Numbered from the stretch's first letter, positions 18,290 through 26,387 are shown. The stretch is DNA of 36,178 nucleotides from Minisyncoccota bacterium (GCA_022843285.1 JALHNY010000004.1:3107-39284), one strand, 5' to 3'. The notes: a model not told the origin generated them from the letters alone. Numbers and translations are program-made.

Positions 18290-18661
18290 CTATTGCTGCA
18301 TTGCTGCGAAGGCTTTGTGAGGATCGCCGTACTGGGCAATCAGGCGCATCCCTTCGGAGTTTGCGTAGTAGTACGGTCGGATGTGTGGGAGCAGTCTCTT
18401 CCAGATGAAGTGCCAGCCCGTGAAGTGAGAGAGTACGCAGCCGAGAGCCGTCTTGTACCCGCTCAGGTGAGAACGGATGAGCGGCACGGACTGCAAACGG
18501 TCGAACGTCGGGATCACGCACTTCGTCTTGTCCTTCCGGTGGTGCATCTCGTCGTCGGCAATGAACTGCCCCATCTTCGCGAACACATCCGGCTCAAGCG
18601 CGATTACCCAAGCCGATCCTCCGCTCGGAGTCTTAATGACTCCCAAGTTGTCATATTTCAT
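18290..18661 (-). CDS. Hypothetical protein (orphan, lower GC)
   Basis: 123-aa ORF with AAGGTG SD, a long structured leader and a TTGACT box upstream. Confidence 0.65.
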   Translation of the reverse strand: MKYDNLGVIKTPSGGSAWVIALEPDVFAKMGQFIADDEMHHRKDKTKCVIPTFDRLQSVPLIRSHLSGYKTALGCVLSHFTGWHFIWKRLLPHIRPYYYANSEGMRLIAQYGDPHKAFAAMQQ

Positions 18662-18755
18662 TCTTATTCACCTTTTCAAAGAAGATATGGAGCCAGCGAA
18701 CGCGAAACGTTCCCTGGACTCCAGGCTACTGAAAGGCTTATCAAGGAACACTAAG

Positions 18756-18783
18756 TATTAACATAAAATATGTTAATAGTCAA
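18756..18783 (-). promoter_or_regulatory. Promoter region containing an operator-like palindrome
   Basis: TATTAACATA-AAA-TATGTTAATA (18756-18778) abuts a minus-strand TTGACT (18778-18783). Confidence 0.55.
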
Positions 18784-18797
18784 TATTACCAGCCACC

Positions 18798-19355
18798 CTA
18801 GCGCCTGCTCAGGAGGCGATTCGCCACGAGGAACAGGGCGAGTCCGGAGAGCCAAATCGAGACGATGATGCGCAGGTGCTCGATCCACCGCGTGTCCGCC
18901 TGCTGCGTCTGCCTGCCCGCAAAGACGTAGCCCTCAGCAGCGCCGCGGAACCCGGCCACGGCAACGACCTGCCGGGACCCCGAGCTCGTGATGATCGTGA
19001 GGGTCTTCGGGACGCTCCCCTCGGGCACGAAGAAGCAGTTAGCATCCACGCCGTCCTGCCTGCAGGAGTGCAGGTTCACGGGCATGCCGCGATCCACCGC
19101 GGAGCTTGCCCTCATCCTCCCGAACACGTCCGTGACGGTGATCCAGGTGCCGCCGCTCGTGATCTCTACCGGTTCTGCTGGCAAGACGTGCACGGGATCG
19201 TAGCCCTGGGCCAGGAACTCCGCAGCCTGCTTGGCGAAGATGCGCTGCGGGTACGTGGAGCGGTTCCCCACGAGCAGCACAATGGCGATGGCGGCAATGC
19301 CGGCTGCTGCGGTGATGATCGCGGTGCCGGCGATGAGCCTCCTGGCTTTTGTCAT
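18798..19355 (-). CDS. Hypothetical two-TM membrane protein with a small extracytoplasmic (Cache/PAS-like?) domain
   Basis: TM helices at both ends; central WITVTD...ASSA and GYVFAGR; TAGAAT 6 nt before ATG. Confidence 0.7.
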   Translation of the reverse strand: MTKARRLIAGTAIITAAAGIAAIAIVLLVGNRSTYPQRIFAKQAAEFLAQGYDPVHVLPAEPVEITSGGTWITVTDVFGRMRASSAVDRGMPVNLHSCRQDGVDANCFFVPEGSVPKTLTIITSSGSRQVVAVAGFRGAAEGYVFAGRQTQQADTRWIEHLRIIVSIWLSGLALFLVANRLLSRR

Positions 19356-19359
19356 GCCC

Positions 19360-20331
19360 CTATTCTACCCCTTTTGCGTCCTGCAGTTTGGACAGCTCGG
19401 CGCGGAGCGCATCGAGGCGCGCGTCGTCGATGATGGACACGGCGACCACCTTGTTCCCGGACTCCTTCTCCAGCTTTTTCACAATTTTGAGGAGCTCGGA
19501 CTCCTCAACCTCGTCGGCTTTCGTGACGAGCACCCACTCGGGCTTGGACGCCAGCTCAGCGCTGTACGCGGAGAGCTCGGCGCGGATGGTGCGGTAGTCG
19601 GCGACGGGATCCTCGCTGCTCGCCGCGACGCAGTGGAAAATCATCCTCGTGCGCTCGATGTGGCGGAGGAACTTCACGCCGAGGCCCTTGCCCGTGCTCG
19701 CGCCCTCAATGATGCCGGGGATGTCGGCGAGGACGAGGTCGAAGTGCACGCCCAGGTGCGGCTCGAGGGTCGTGAAGGCGTAGTTGGCCACGCGGCTCGA
19801 TGCGCGCGTGATGGCGTTGAGCAGGCTCGACTTGCCGACGTTCGGCAGGCCCGCGAGCCCGATGTCCGCGATGAGCTTCAGCTCGAGGCGCACCTCCACC
19901 TCCTCTCCCGGCTTGCCGTCCTGGAACTGGCGCGGCGCGGTGTTCGTAGAGGAGCGGTACAGGAAGTTTCCCTTGCCGCCGCGCCCGCCGCTCGCCACCT
20001 GCACCCGCTGCCCCACCTCGAGCAGCTCGAGGGACTCGCCACCCGCGACGTGCGCCACCGTGCCGCGCGGCACGGGCAGCACGAGGTCCTCGCCGGCGTG
20101 CCCGTCCCTGAAGCTGGAGCGGCCGTCCCGGCCGTCCCCCGCCTTGAAGGACTTCTGCGCGCGGTACTTGCGCAGCGCGCCGAGATCCGCGACCGCCTCC
20201 AAGAAGACGGAACCGCCGTGGCCGCCGTTGCCCCCGTCCGGGCCGCGGTGGCTCTTCCCGTCGCCAAAGGTGGCGGTGCCAGCACCGCCACGTCCCGCGA
20301 ACACCCTGATTGTCACGTCATCCGTGAGCAT
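19360..20331 (-). CDS. obg: GTPase Obg/CgtA
   Basis: Gly-rich Obg fold (GPDGGNGGHGG); G1 GLPNVGKS, NYAFTTLEP, DIPG, FLRHIERT, TKAD. Confidence 0.97.
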   Translation of the reverse strand: MLTDDVTIRVFAGRGGAGTATFGDGKSHRGPDGGNGGHGGSVFLEAVADLGALRKYRAQKSFKAGDGRDGRSSFRDGHAGEDLVLPVPRGTVAHVAGGESLELLEVGQRVQVASGGRGGKGNFLYRSSTNTAPRQFQDGKPGEEVEVRLELKLIADIGLAGLPNVGKSSLLNAITRASSRVANYAFTTLEPHLGVHFDLVLADIPGIIEGASTGKGLGVKFLRHIERTRMIFHCVAASSEDPVADYRTIRAELSAYSAELASKPEWVLVTKADEVEESELLKIVKKLEKESGNKVVAVSIIDDARLDALRAELSKLQDAKGVE

Positions 20332-20359
20332 GCGCGCAGTCTAGCACGGGTTCGCGCAC

Positions 20360-20397
20360 AAAAAAGGACGCCACGCGGGCGTCCCCTTTTCTTTTTT
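20360..20397. terminator. Intrinsic terminator
   Basis: AAAAAA-GGACGCC / GGCGTCC-CCTTTT. Confidence 0.7.
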
Positions 20398-20409
20398 CCG
20401 TGACCGCCG

Positions 20410-20967
20410 TCACTCGCCAACCAGAGCCTGGCGCAGTACCGGGTAGTACGGGTTCTCCGTGCGCTCCAGGATTGCGCTGATGCGCTGGCTGAGCTCGGCG
20501 CTCGGCTTCCACCGCTCCGCGAGCACGAGGCAGAACGCCTCGTCGCCCTGCTCGGGCAGCCCGCTGAGCGAGAAGATGTACTCGATGCCGCCAATGGGCA
20601 CCACCACCGCGCCGCCCCACCTTTCTAGCCGCGGAGCGCGGGACTCCCACGAGGTCAGGTGGCGATCCACCAGTTCCTCGCTGTCCATCATGCGCTCGAG
20701 GCGGGCAGCCTTCTCCCACGCGTACGTGTGGTACTTCTCCCGCCGGTCGTAGTTGCCGCCGGCTCCGCCGAGCAAAATGGACACGCTGGGGCGCAGCATT
20801 TCCACTCCCGCGGGCTTCACGCAGAAGTGCGCGCAGCTCCGGTCTGCCCAGTCCGGGTCCATGTCCGTGAAGGCGTTCGCTCCCACCGCAATGGCATCCG
20901 AGAACGTTCTCTCCGCCAACTCAACTAACGTGGATTCCCCACCGGCATCCGTTCCTGCCAGTCCCAT
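20410..20967 (-). CDS. Hypothetical protein, possible GlcG/HbpS (haem-degrading-like) fold
   Basis: ATG 20967 with GGAAGGT SD; AWEKAA...WGGAVVVP.GG...SLSGLPEQGDEA pattern. Confidence 0.55.
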   Translation of the reverse strand: MGLAGTDAGGESTLVELAERTFSDAIAVGANAFTDMDPDWADRSCAHFCVKPAGVEMLRPSVSILLGGAGGNYDRREKYHTYAWEKAARLERMMDSEELVDRHLTSWESRAPRLERWGGAVVVPIGGIEYIFSLSGLPEQGDEAFCLVLAERWKPSAELSQRISAILERTENPYYPVLRQALVGE

Positions 20968-21042
20968 ACTTTTTACCTTCCTATTAATAGAGATGAAATA
21001 GCCGTGGGTATGGATACAGCCCCGGGCGGGAAGCGTCAACAA

Positions 21043-21071
21043 AGAGAGACCCGCACGGGGCGGGTCTCTCT
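21043..21071 (-). terminator. Intrinsic terminator of the CxxC-domain gene
   Basis: AGAGAGACCCGC / GCGGGTCTCTCT. Confidence 0.75.
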
Positions 21072-21089
21072 CAGATCTAGGCTCGGCTA

Positions 21090-21467
21090 CTAGTAGCGGT
21101 TGCCGTAGTTCGGGCGTGATGCACGCTGCTTGGCGTGGCAGTCGCGGCAGAGAATCGGGCGATCGCCGCTCGGCATGAACGGGAGCTCCTTGATCTCAGC
21201 GCCGCACTCGCCGCAGGACCAGTCACCCTGCACCATCTGGCGCGGGCCACGGTCACCGCCGAAGCTGCCACGGTCGCGCTGCGGGCGGTTCTGCATGTGG
21301 CAGTCGCGGCACAGCACGCTGTCCGGATCGCGCGGCTGGAACGGGAGCTCAGTGATCTCCTTTCCGCAGCCCTTGCACGTCCAGTTGCCCTGTACCATCT
21401 GGCGCGGGCCACGGTCACCGCCGCCGAAAGAACGGCGCGGACCGTTGTTGAAATCTCCGTAAGACAT
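21090..21467 (-). CDS. CxxC-x17-CxxC-family zinc-ribbon protein with two tandem domains (18-residue spacing) and RG-rich linkers
   Basis: GNWTCKGCGKEITELPFQP...CRDC and GDWSCGECGAEIKELPFMP...CRDC; start MSYGDF at 21467. Confidence 0.88.
   Translation of the reverse strand: MSYGDFNNGPRRSFGGGDRGPRQMVQGNWTCKGCGKEITELPFQPRDPDSVLCRDCHMQNRPQRDRGSFGGDRGPRQMVQGDWSCGECGAEIKELPFMPSGDRPILCRDCHAKQRASRPNYGNRY
21232..21423. repeat. Intragenic 30-bp direct repeat from domain duplication
   Basis: ACCATCTGGCGCGGGCCACGGTCACCGCCG at 21232-21261 and 21394-21423. Confidence 0.9.
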
Positions 21468-21602
21468 GGAGTGTTGCTTGTACGTTTTCTGAACGACCTT
21501 GTTGTTTGTTTCCGAATTCAGGTCGCCCATGGGAACGGGATGAACCCGATCCACTACGTACTTGAACCGTGCCCAAATTGTGGCACAGACCAGGGAGGGT
21601 GT

Positions 21603-22085
21603 CTAGCTCGCCGTGCAGCGCACCACGTCACCGGAGCCGCTCTCGGCGAACGTGGCAGTGTTTCCCGAGACCGTGACCACGCCACCCTCACCGGTGAAGG
21701 TGCGGGACTCGCCCTGGAAACCCGTGAGGGAGTACCACTCGGCCTCCCCACCCTCGCCGCGCGTGACGCTCATGATCTCCGGATCGATGGCCTCCAGCGC
21801 AAAGCCTGCGCGCTCGCAGGTGTACCTGCTCCCCTGCGCAGCCGGGGCCTGAGCCGCCTTCGCGCACGTGCGCCCTGCCGCGTCCCACGTGCCGCCGCTC
21901 TCCTCGCAGCTGGACTGCGCGCGGTTCGCATCGATGACGAGGCCGGTCACCAGGCCCGCGCCAAACGCGAGCACGAGCGCGAAGAATCCCCCGATGAGCA
22001 GCACGATGGCGAGAATCACCTTGACGCGGCTGCTGATCCTGGCGAGGAAGCCCTGGCGCGGCGGCTGCGGAACCGTGTGCTTCAT
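21603..22085 (-). CDS. Membrane-anchored Cys-containing protein, possibly with an MliC/PliC-like C-terminal domain
   Basis: TM helix, CEESGGTW..C motif, then YTC...beta-rich...terminal C; TGg-TACCAT 6 nt before ATG. Confidence 0.6.
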   Translation of the reverse strand: MKHTVPQPPRQGFLARISSRVKVILAIVLLIGGFFALVLAFGAGLVTGLVIDANRAQSSCEESGGTWDAAGRTCAKAAQAPAAQGSRYTCERAGFALEAIDPEIMSVTRGEGGEAEWYSLTGFQGESRTFTGEGGVVTVSGNTATFAESGSGDVVRCTAS

Positions 22086-22197
22086 GCGCCCATGGTACCA
22101 CAGGCTTTTGAGGAGATTCTGGACAAGACTCTCTCAGTATGTTCCAATACTTCGGCTCTACTTGATAAGCAAATACTAGAAAGGAGGTACCAGTCCT

Positions 22198-22749
22198 ATG
22201 AGCTGGTCTGAAACGGCGGTGCCCTTCATCGCCCTGATACTTTTGTGCTTTGCGACCTACGGATTTGTGAAACTGCGAAAATTTCTCAAAGTCGAAGCCC
22301 GGAAAGCACAAGAAAGCAACGCGCCCGAACGCGTCGTGCGCGTGGGCATGCGCTCGATGCAGCAGATTGCTGCGGGAAAAGTGCACACGCACATTCGCCA
22401 ACTCGTTCTCAAGAACACCCAGTTGCGCAACCTGGAACCCGAGCGGTTCGACGGAAGCAGGCTGGAGGTTCTGAGGACCGAGGAGACGACGGGCGAGACG
22501 ACGCTGACGGTTTTGCTCCTGCGGCACGGGGAACCCAGCACCACGCTGGTGACCGTATCGCTGGACTACACCGCCATCGGCGGCGAGCTGACCGCATGGT
22601 ACGGGGCTAACCCGAAACCGTACCGCTACAAACTGGATGAGCGCGACAAGCTCATTCGCCTCTTGGAAAACTACCTTCCCGCGTACGGGTACACCGAAGC
22701 CGCGCCGCCTCCCCAGAGGCTGGCGCTGGCTGCCGGTGCCACCGCGTAG
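22198..22749 (+). CDS. Hypothetical protein with an N-terminal TM helix (orphan)
   Basis: 183-aa ORF; strong AAGGAGGT SD; own terminator. Confidence 0.75.
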   Translation: MSWSETAVPFIALILLCFATYGFVKLRKFLKVEARKAQESNAPERVVRVGMRSMQQIAAGKVHTHIRQLVLKNTQLRNLEPERFDGSRLEVLRTEETTGETTLTVLLLRHGEPSTTLVTVSLDYTAIGGELTAWYGANPKPYRYKLDERDKLIRLLENYLPAYGYTEAAPPPQRLALAAGATA

Positions 22750-22778
22750 CGTCTCATTTTTCTTCTCCAAAGAAACTC

Positions 22779-22810
22779 TGGACCCGACACCGATCGGGTC
22801 CACTTTTTTT
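22779..22810 (+). terminator. Intrinsic terminator
   Basis: TGGACCCGA / TCGGGTCCA followed by C and T7. Confidence 0.8.
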
Positions 22811-23324
22811 ACTTCACCTCGTACTCTTTTCCCGCGGCGTCCACGAGCGGCTTCAGCGTGAGCACCTGCCCGGGCTGCCCGCTGCCGGGCAGGCACACGA
22901 AGTAGCAGGCGCGGAAGCGGATACCCTCGTTGTTCCAGCCCATGCCGCGCGGATCCACGAGACAGCTCTTGGTCTTCCACACGAGGAGCACGAGCCCCTC
23001 CGCGACCTCCTCCTCGTACCTGCTCTGCTTTCGCTCTATGGCGGCCGCGATGTCGTACGGGGTCGTGAGGTCGATGATGTTGCCGACGCTCCGGAACTGG
23101 CGGCCGAGGATGGACCCTCCCTCGTGCGGGAGCCCGTTGTCCGCGTACGTGACCTGGAAGTCTATGGGCAGCTGCCCCGGCACCCGGGACACGCCGCGCG
23201 TGTCCACGCGCGTCTCCTCGCTGTGGATGACCTGCGTCTCGTAGCTGAAGCCGTGCTGCGCGTTGAATGCGTGCAGGAAGAAGTCCGTGACGAGCTCCTC
23301 CTCGCGCTTCTTGGGCTTAACCAT
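22809..23324 (-). CDS. Hypothetical protein, possible divergent PD-(D/E)xK nuclease fold
   Basis: EE...ETRVD...IDFQVT...AIERKQSRY...LVLLV; TACAAT 8 nt before ATG. Confidence 0.55.
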   Translation of the reverse strand: MVKPKKREEELVTDFFLHAFNAQHGFSYETQVIHSEETRVDTRGVSRVPGQLPIDFQVTYADNGLPHEGGSILGRQFRSVGNIIDLTTPYDIAAAIERKQSRYEEEVAEGLVLLVWKTKSCLVDPRGMGWNNEGIRFRACYFVCLPGSGQPGQVLTLKPLVDAAGKEYEVK

Positions 23325-23505
23325 ACCCGCCCATTGTACCCGCTTGCGCTGGCATTTTCCCCGGCGCTACCATGGGGGTGGTTCCTTGCTCGCCTCCTGG
23401 CAACGCCGCACCGCTCCGCGCCCGTTCGGGCGCACCCGGGCAACGCGGCTCACGCCGCCAGACATCGTTCTTCTGTTGAAGATAAAGAAAGATTAATTCA
23501 GTTGC

Positions 23506-23533
23506 GTGCCCCGGTCTCCGGGGCACTTCTTTT
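23506..23533. terminator. Intrinsic terminator, U tract on the + strand
   Basis: GTGCCCCGG / CCGGGGCAC followed by TTCTTTT. Confidence 0.75.
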
Positions 23534-23535
23534 GC

Positions 23536-24150
23536 TCAGAAACCGTGCGGCTCGTTCACGAGCACCACGTGGACCTGCCTCCCCCACCCCGGGTGGCGGT
23601 CGAAGGAGAGAATCTTCGAGAGCACGGTGCCCGGTGCACCGGTGCTCTTCATGCGCGCGTCCTCGAGGGGCACGACGTGCTCGCGGAGTCGCTTGAGCGC
23701 CTCGGGCATGGTGCCGGCAATCTTGTCCGTGCTCGCGACGAGCACCACGATCTGCGACGTGTACGCGATGTGCGGCAGCTGGCTGCCGGACGCGGAGGCG
23801 ATGACGAGGCGCCCGTCATCGGTGATGGCGTGGACGCTACCGAAGTACGCGTCCGAGACCACCGAGTACCGGCGGAGCTCCGCCTGCTTCTCCGGGTCCT
23901 GCTCCGCGAGGACCTCCGCGTGGAGGTTCCGCCACGGGTGCTCGCCACCCTTGAGGTACTCCACGAAGCCGATCTCCTGGAGGGTGGTGGACGTGCCGTT
24001 CATGACGGACGAGCCAGCGGGCACGAGGGTCTTGGCGAGCTCGAGCGCATCGGCGCCGTTTGCCACGACGTGCGCCTCGAAGCCGTTGGCCCTGAGGGCG
24101 GCGGCCACCGCCTCGACGCGCGCGGCGTCGGGAATGGTTTTGTAATCCAT
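23536..24150 (-). CDS. LUD-domain (LutC/YkgG-like) protein
   Basis: GTSTTLQEIG, SVHAITDDGRLVIASASGSQL, STDKI, VHVVLVNEPHGF. Confidence 0.85.
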   Translation of the reverse strand: MDYKTIPDAARVEAVAAALRANGFEAHVVANGADALELAKTLVPAGSSVMNGTSTTLQEIGFVEYLKGGEHPWRNLHAEVLAEQDPEKQAELRRYSVVSDAYFGSVHAITDDGRLVIASASGSQLPHIAYTSQIVVLVASTDKIAGTMPEALKRLREHVVPLEDARMKSTGAPGTVLSKILSFDRHPGWGRQVHVVLVNEPHGF

Positions 24151-24159
24151 ATCTTTAGT

Positions 24160-24645
24160 CTAGTTACTGGTTGCTTCCGGATCGCTTTCCGAGAAGGCGA
24201 CGATGATGACGCCGGAGTCTACCACCGCGACGGTGGCCGTCACGGGGGTGCGCCCGGTCTCGCCGGTGCTCGTCTCCTCTACAATAGCACCACTGGCAAG
24301 GTAGGACCCGTTCTCCTGCTTCACGACGGAGTCCAGCTCGATGCGGTCCGGGTACGGGCTGGACGTGCGCCGCCCGGGAGCCTCTGCGGGGTTGTACATC
24401 CACCGCTCCACGAGGTCCTCGTGGACGAGCGGCGCGTAGTGCTCCTGGATCGCCTGAGCCGCAACCTCCGGGGCGCCCATGAGCGGCACGAGCTGGAGGC
24501 GCTCCCCGAACTGGCTCACGAGCACGCGCACCTCGTCCGACCGGTTCTCCTCGACGTCGCGCAGGAGCGCGGCCGGATTGAAGAGCTGTACCAGGGCGAA
24601 ACCCGCGGCAAAGGCCCCGAGCAGTATGAGAACCGTCCGCTGCAT
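24160..24645 (-). CDS. Hypothetical membrane-anchored protein
   Basis: N-terminal TM; APGRRTSSPYPDRIE motif; part of a tight four-gene run. Confidence 0.7.
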   Translation of the reverse strand: MQRTVLILLGAFAAGFALVQLFNPAALLRDVEENRSDEVRVLVSQFGERLQLVPLMGAPEVAAQAIQEHYAPLVHEDLVERWMYNPAEAPGRRTSSPYPDRIELDSVVKQENGSYLASGAIVEETSTGETGRTPVTATVAVVDSGVIIVAFSESDPEATSN

Positions 24646-25080
24646 CTAGAGCTTCTCCACGCGGCTCACGCCGATGACGCCCACGATGTCGTACCTCTGC
24701 CAGAAGTCAGCGCTGAGCGCCTCGACGGGCACCACGGTGCCCACCACCATGACGCGGCTCTCGGTGGGCGCGTCATTGAGCTGGTTCGTCGCCGAGAGGT
24801 CCAGGCCGTAGTGCTTGCCGTCATCCGCGCGGAGGCCGAAGGCGCACTCCAGCGTCTGCGGTCCGTCCGCATCCTTGTGCGGGAGGCAGACGTAGCGCCC
24901 CTCAACCGTGACGGGCTTCGGAATGGCAGGGTCGTCGTGGACGGCATCCGGGTTCGGCTGCGGCCTCGTGAGCTGCTCGGTGTAGCTCTTAGTCGCGAGG
25001 TAGCCGGTGACGGCCACCGCGAGGAGGAGGAGCGAGAAGATGAGCTGGTTGCGTGCCTTTACCTTTGCGGGGTTCTTCAT
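24646..25080 (-). CDS. Hypothetical membrane-anchored protein
   Basis: N-terminal TM; GRYVCLPHKD..GPQTLECAFGL..DDG..Y motif. Confidence 0.7.
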   Translation of the reverse strand: MKNPAKVKARNQLIFSLLLLAVAVTGYLATKSYTEQLTRPQPNPDAVHDDPAIPKPVTVEGRYVCLPHKDADGPQTLECAFGLRADDGKHYGLDLSATNQLNDAPTESRVMVVGTVVPVEALSADFWQRYDIVGVIGVSRVEKL

Positions 25081-25084
25081 GTGT

Positions 25085-26143
25085 CTAGAGGTCTACGGGC
25101 GTCAGTATATCATCGCCAGCGGAAGGCGTGCCCCGCCCGTCCCGGTTGCTCGTCCCGATCCAGATTTTTCCCGCCGCTTCGGTGACGACGCGAATTCTCC
25201 CGTACACGCCCTCCAGGAGCGGCTCGACGTCCGCCACGCGATCTCCTGAGATCGTCGCGCGGTAGAGCGCCCTGCCGCGCAGGCCGCCGAAGTACAGTGC
25301 CCCGTCTTTGAACAGCAGCGCGGACGGCGCCCAGGTGGTGCGCGCGCCCGAGTGCGCCGCCGGAGCAATCATTCCCTCCCGCGCCTCGTCTCCCTCGATC
25401 TCCGGCCAGCCGTAGTTGCCGCCGGGCACGATGCGGTTGAGCTCATCAAAGCCGCTCAGGACGCCAGACCTGCCGTGCTCCGTTGCCCAGAGCTGCCCGC
25501 GCGCGTCCCAGGCGAGGCCCTGCACGTTGCGGTGCCCGTACGAGTACACCTCGTTCCCGAACGGGTTGTCCTGCGGCGCGCTGCCATCTCTGGCAATGCG
25601 CAAAATTTTCCCCGCGAGCGAGTTCCGGTCTTGCGCGAGGCGTTCCTCTCCGGCGTCGCCGGTTGCAACGTACAGGTACCCGTCCGGACCGAACGCGATG
25701 CGCCCGCCATTGTGGTTGTCCGCCGCGGGAATGCCGGAGATCACCACGCGAGGCGCGGTGAGCGCGCTACCGTCCAGCGTGTACCGCACGATGCGGTTCT
25801 CCCGCGCGCCGTCCACGGCGGTCGTGAAGTAGAGGTAGACAAAGTCGTTCGACCCGAAGGCGGGATCGAGCGCGAGGCCGAGCAGCCCGCCCTCTCCCCG
25901 CTCGATCGCATCTTGCACCTGCACCTCGGCGTCACCGATGCGCAGCTTTCCGTCTCGCTGCGTGACGAGCCAGCGCCCGTCCGGCAACAGTGCCGCCTCC
26001 CAGGGCACGTACAGGTTCGTGAGCACCGACGCGTCCTGAATCTCTGCCGGGCGCGTCGGTGCCGTGGCGCTCCGAATGAAGGCGTACAAAACGAGCACGG
26101 TGACGACCAGCGCGACGCCTCCGATGAGGAGAGCCTTCTTCAC
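25085..26143 (-). CDS. PQQ-dependent sugar dehydrogenase (glucose/sorbosone dehydrogenase family)
   Basis: GEGGLLGLALDP, HNGGRIAFGPDG.LY..TGD, LAGKILR, YSYGHRNVQG, GGNYGWP. Confidence 0.93.
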   Translation of the reverse strand: MKKALLIGGVALVVTVLVLYAFIRSATAPTRPAEIQDASVLTNLYVPWEAALLPDGRWLVTQRDGKLRIGDAEVQVQDAIERGEGGLLGLALDPAFGSNDFVYLYFTTAVDGARENRIVRYTLDGSALTAPRVVISGIPAADNHNGGRIAFGPDGYLYVATGDAGEERLAQDRNSLAGKILRIARDGSAPQDNPFGNEVYSYGHRNVQGLAWDARGQLWATEHGRSGVLSGFDELNRIVPGGNYGWPEIEGDEAREGMIAPAAHSGARTTWAPSALLFKDGALYFGGLRGRALYRATISGDRVADVEPLLEGVYGRIRVVTEAAGKIWIGTSNRDGRGTPSAGDDILTPVDL

Positions 26144-26231
26144 CCACTAAGTGTACCTAATTGAAAAGGCGCCCCACCTCACATGGGACGCCCCTTCGTT
26201 TCACGTAGTTTGGACTAACTGTCCGGGAGAG

Positions 26232-26387
26232 TTACTCCGAGACCGCCTGGCCTCCGTTCTCCGCCTCGCTCTCGGGAGCGGGCTGAGCCTCCACGGGCTC
26301 CATGGGAACGTTGCAAGTCGGGCACATGCCCGGGTTTGCCTCCGCTTCCACCTCGCTCCCGCACTGCGGGCACTTAAACTTCTGCAT
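26232..26387 (-). CDS. Small 51-aa CxxC...CxxC metal-binding protein with an acidic tail (absent from the ORF track)
   Basis: Hand translation: MQKFKCPQCGSEVEAEANPGMCPTCNVPMEPVEAQPAPESEAENGGQAVSE. Confidence 0.75.
   Translation of the reverse strand: MQKFKCPQCGSEVEAEANPGMCPTCNVPMEPVEAQPAPESEAENGGQAVSE

Noticed and set aside
21232-21423. 30-bp direct repeat as a CRISPR-like array
   Set aside because: Two copies, in frame within a duplicated protein domain; no array or cas genes anywhere in the window.
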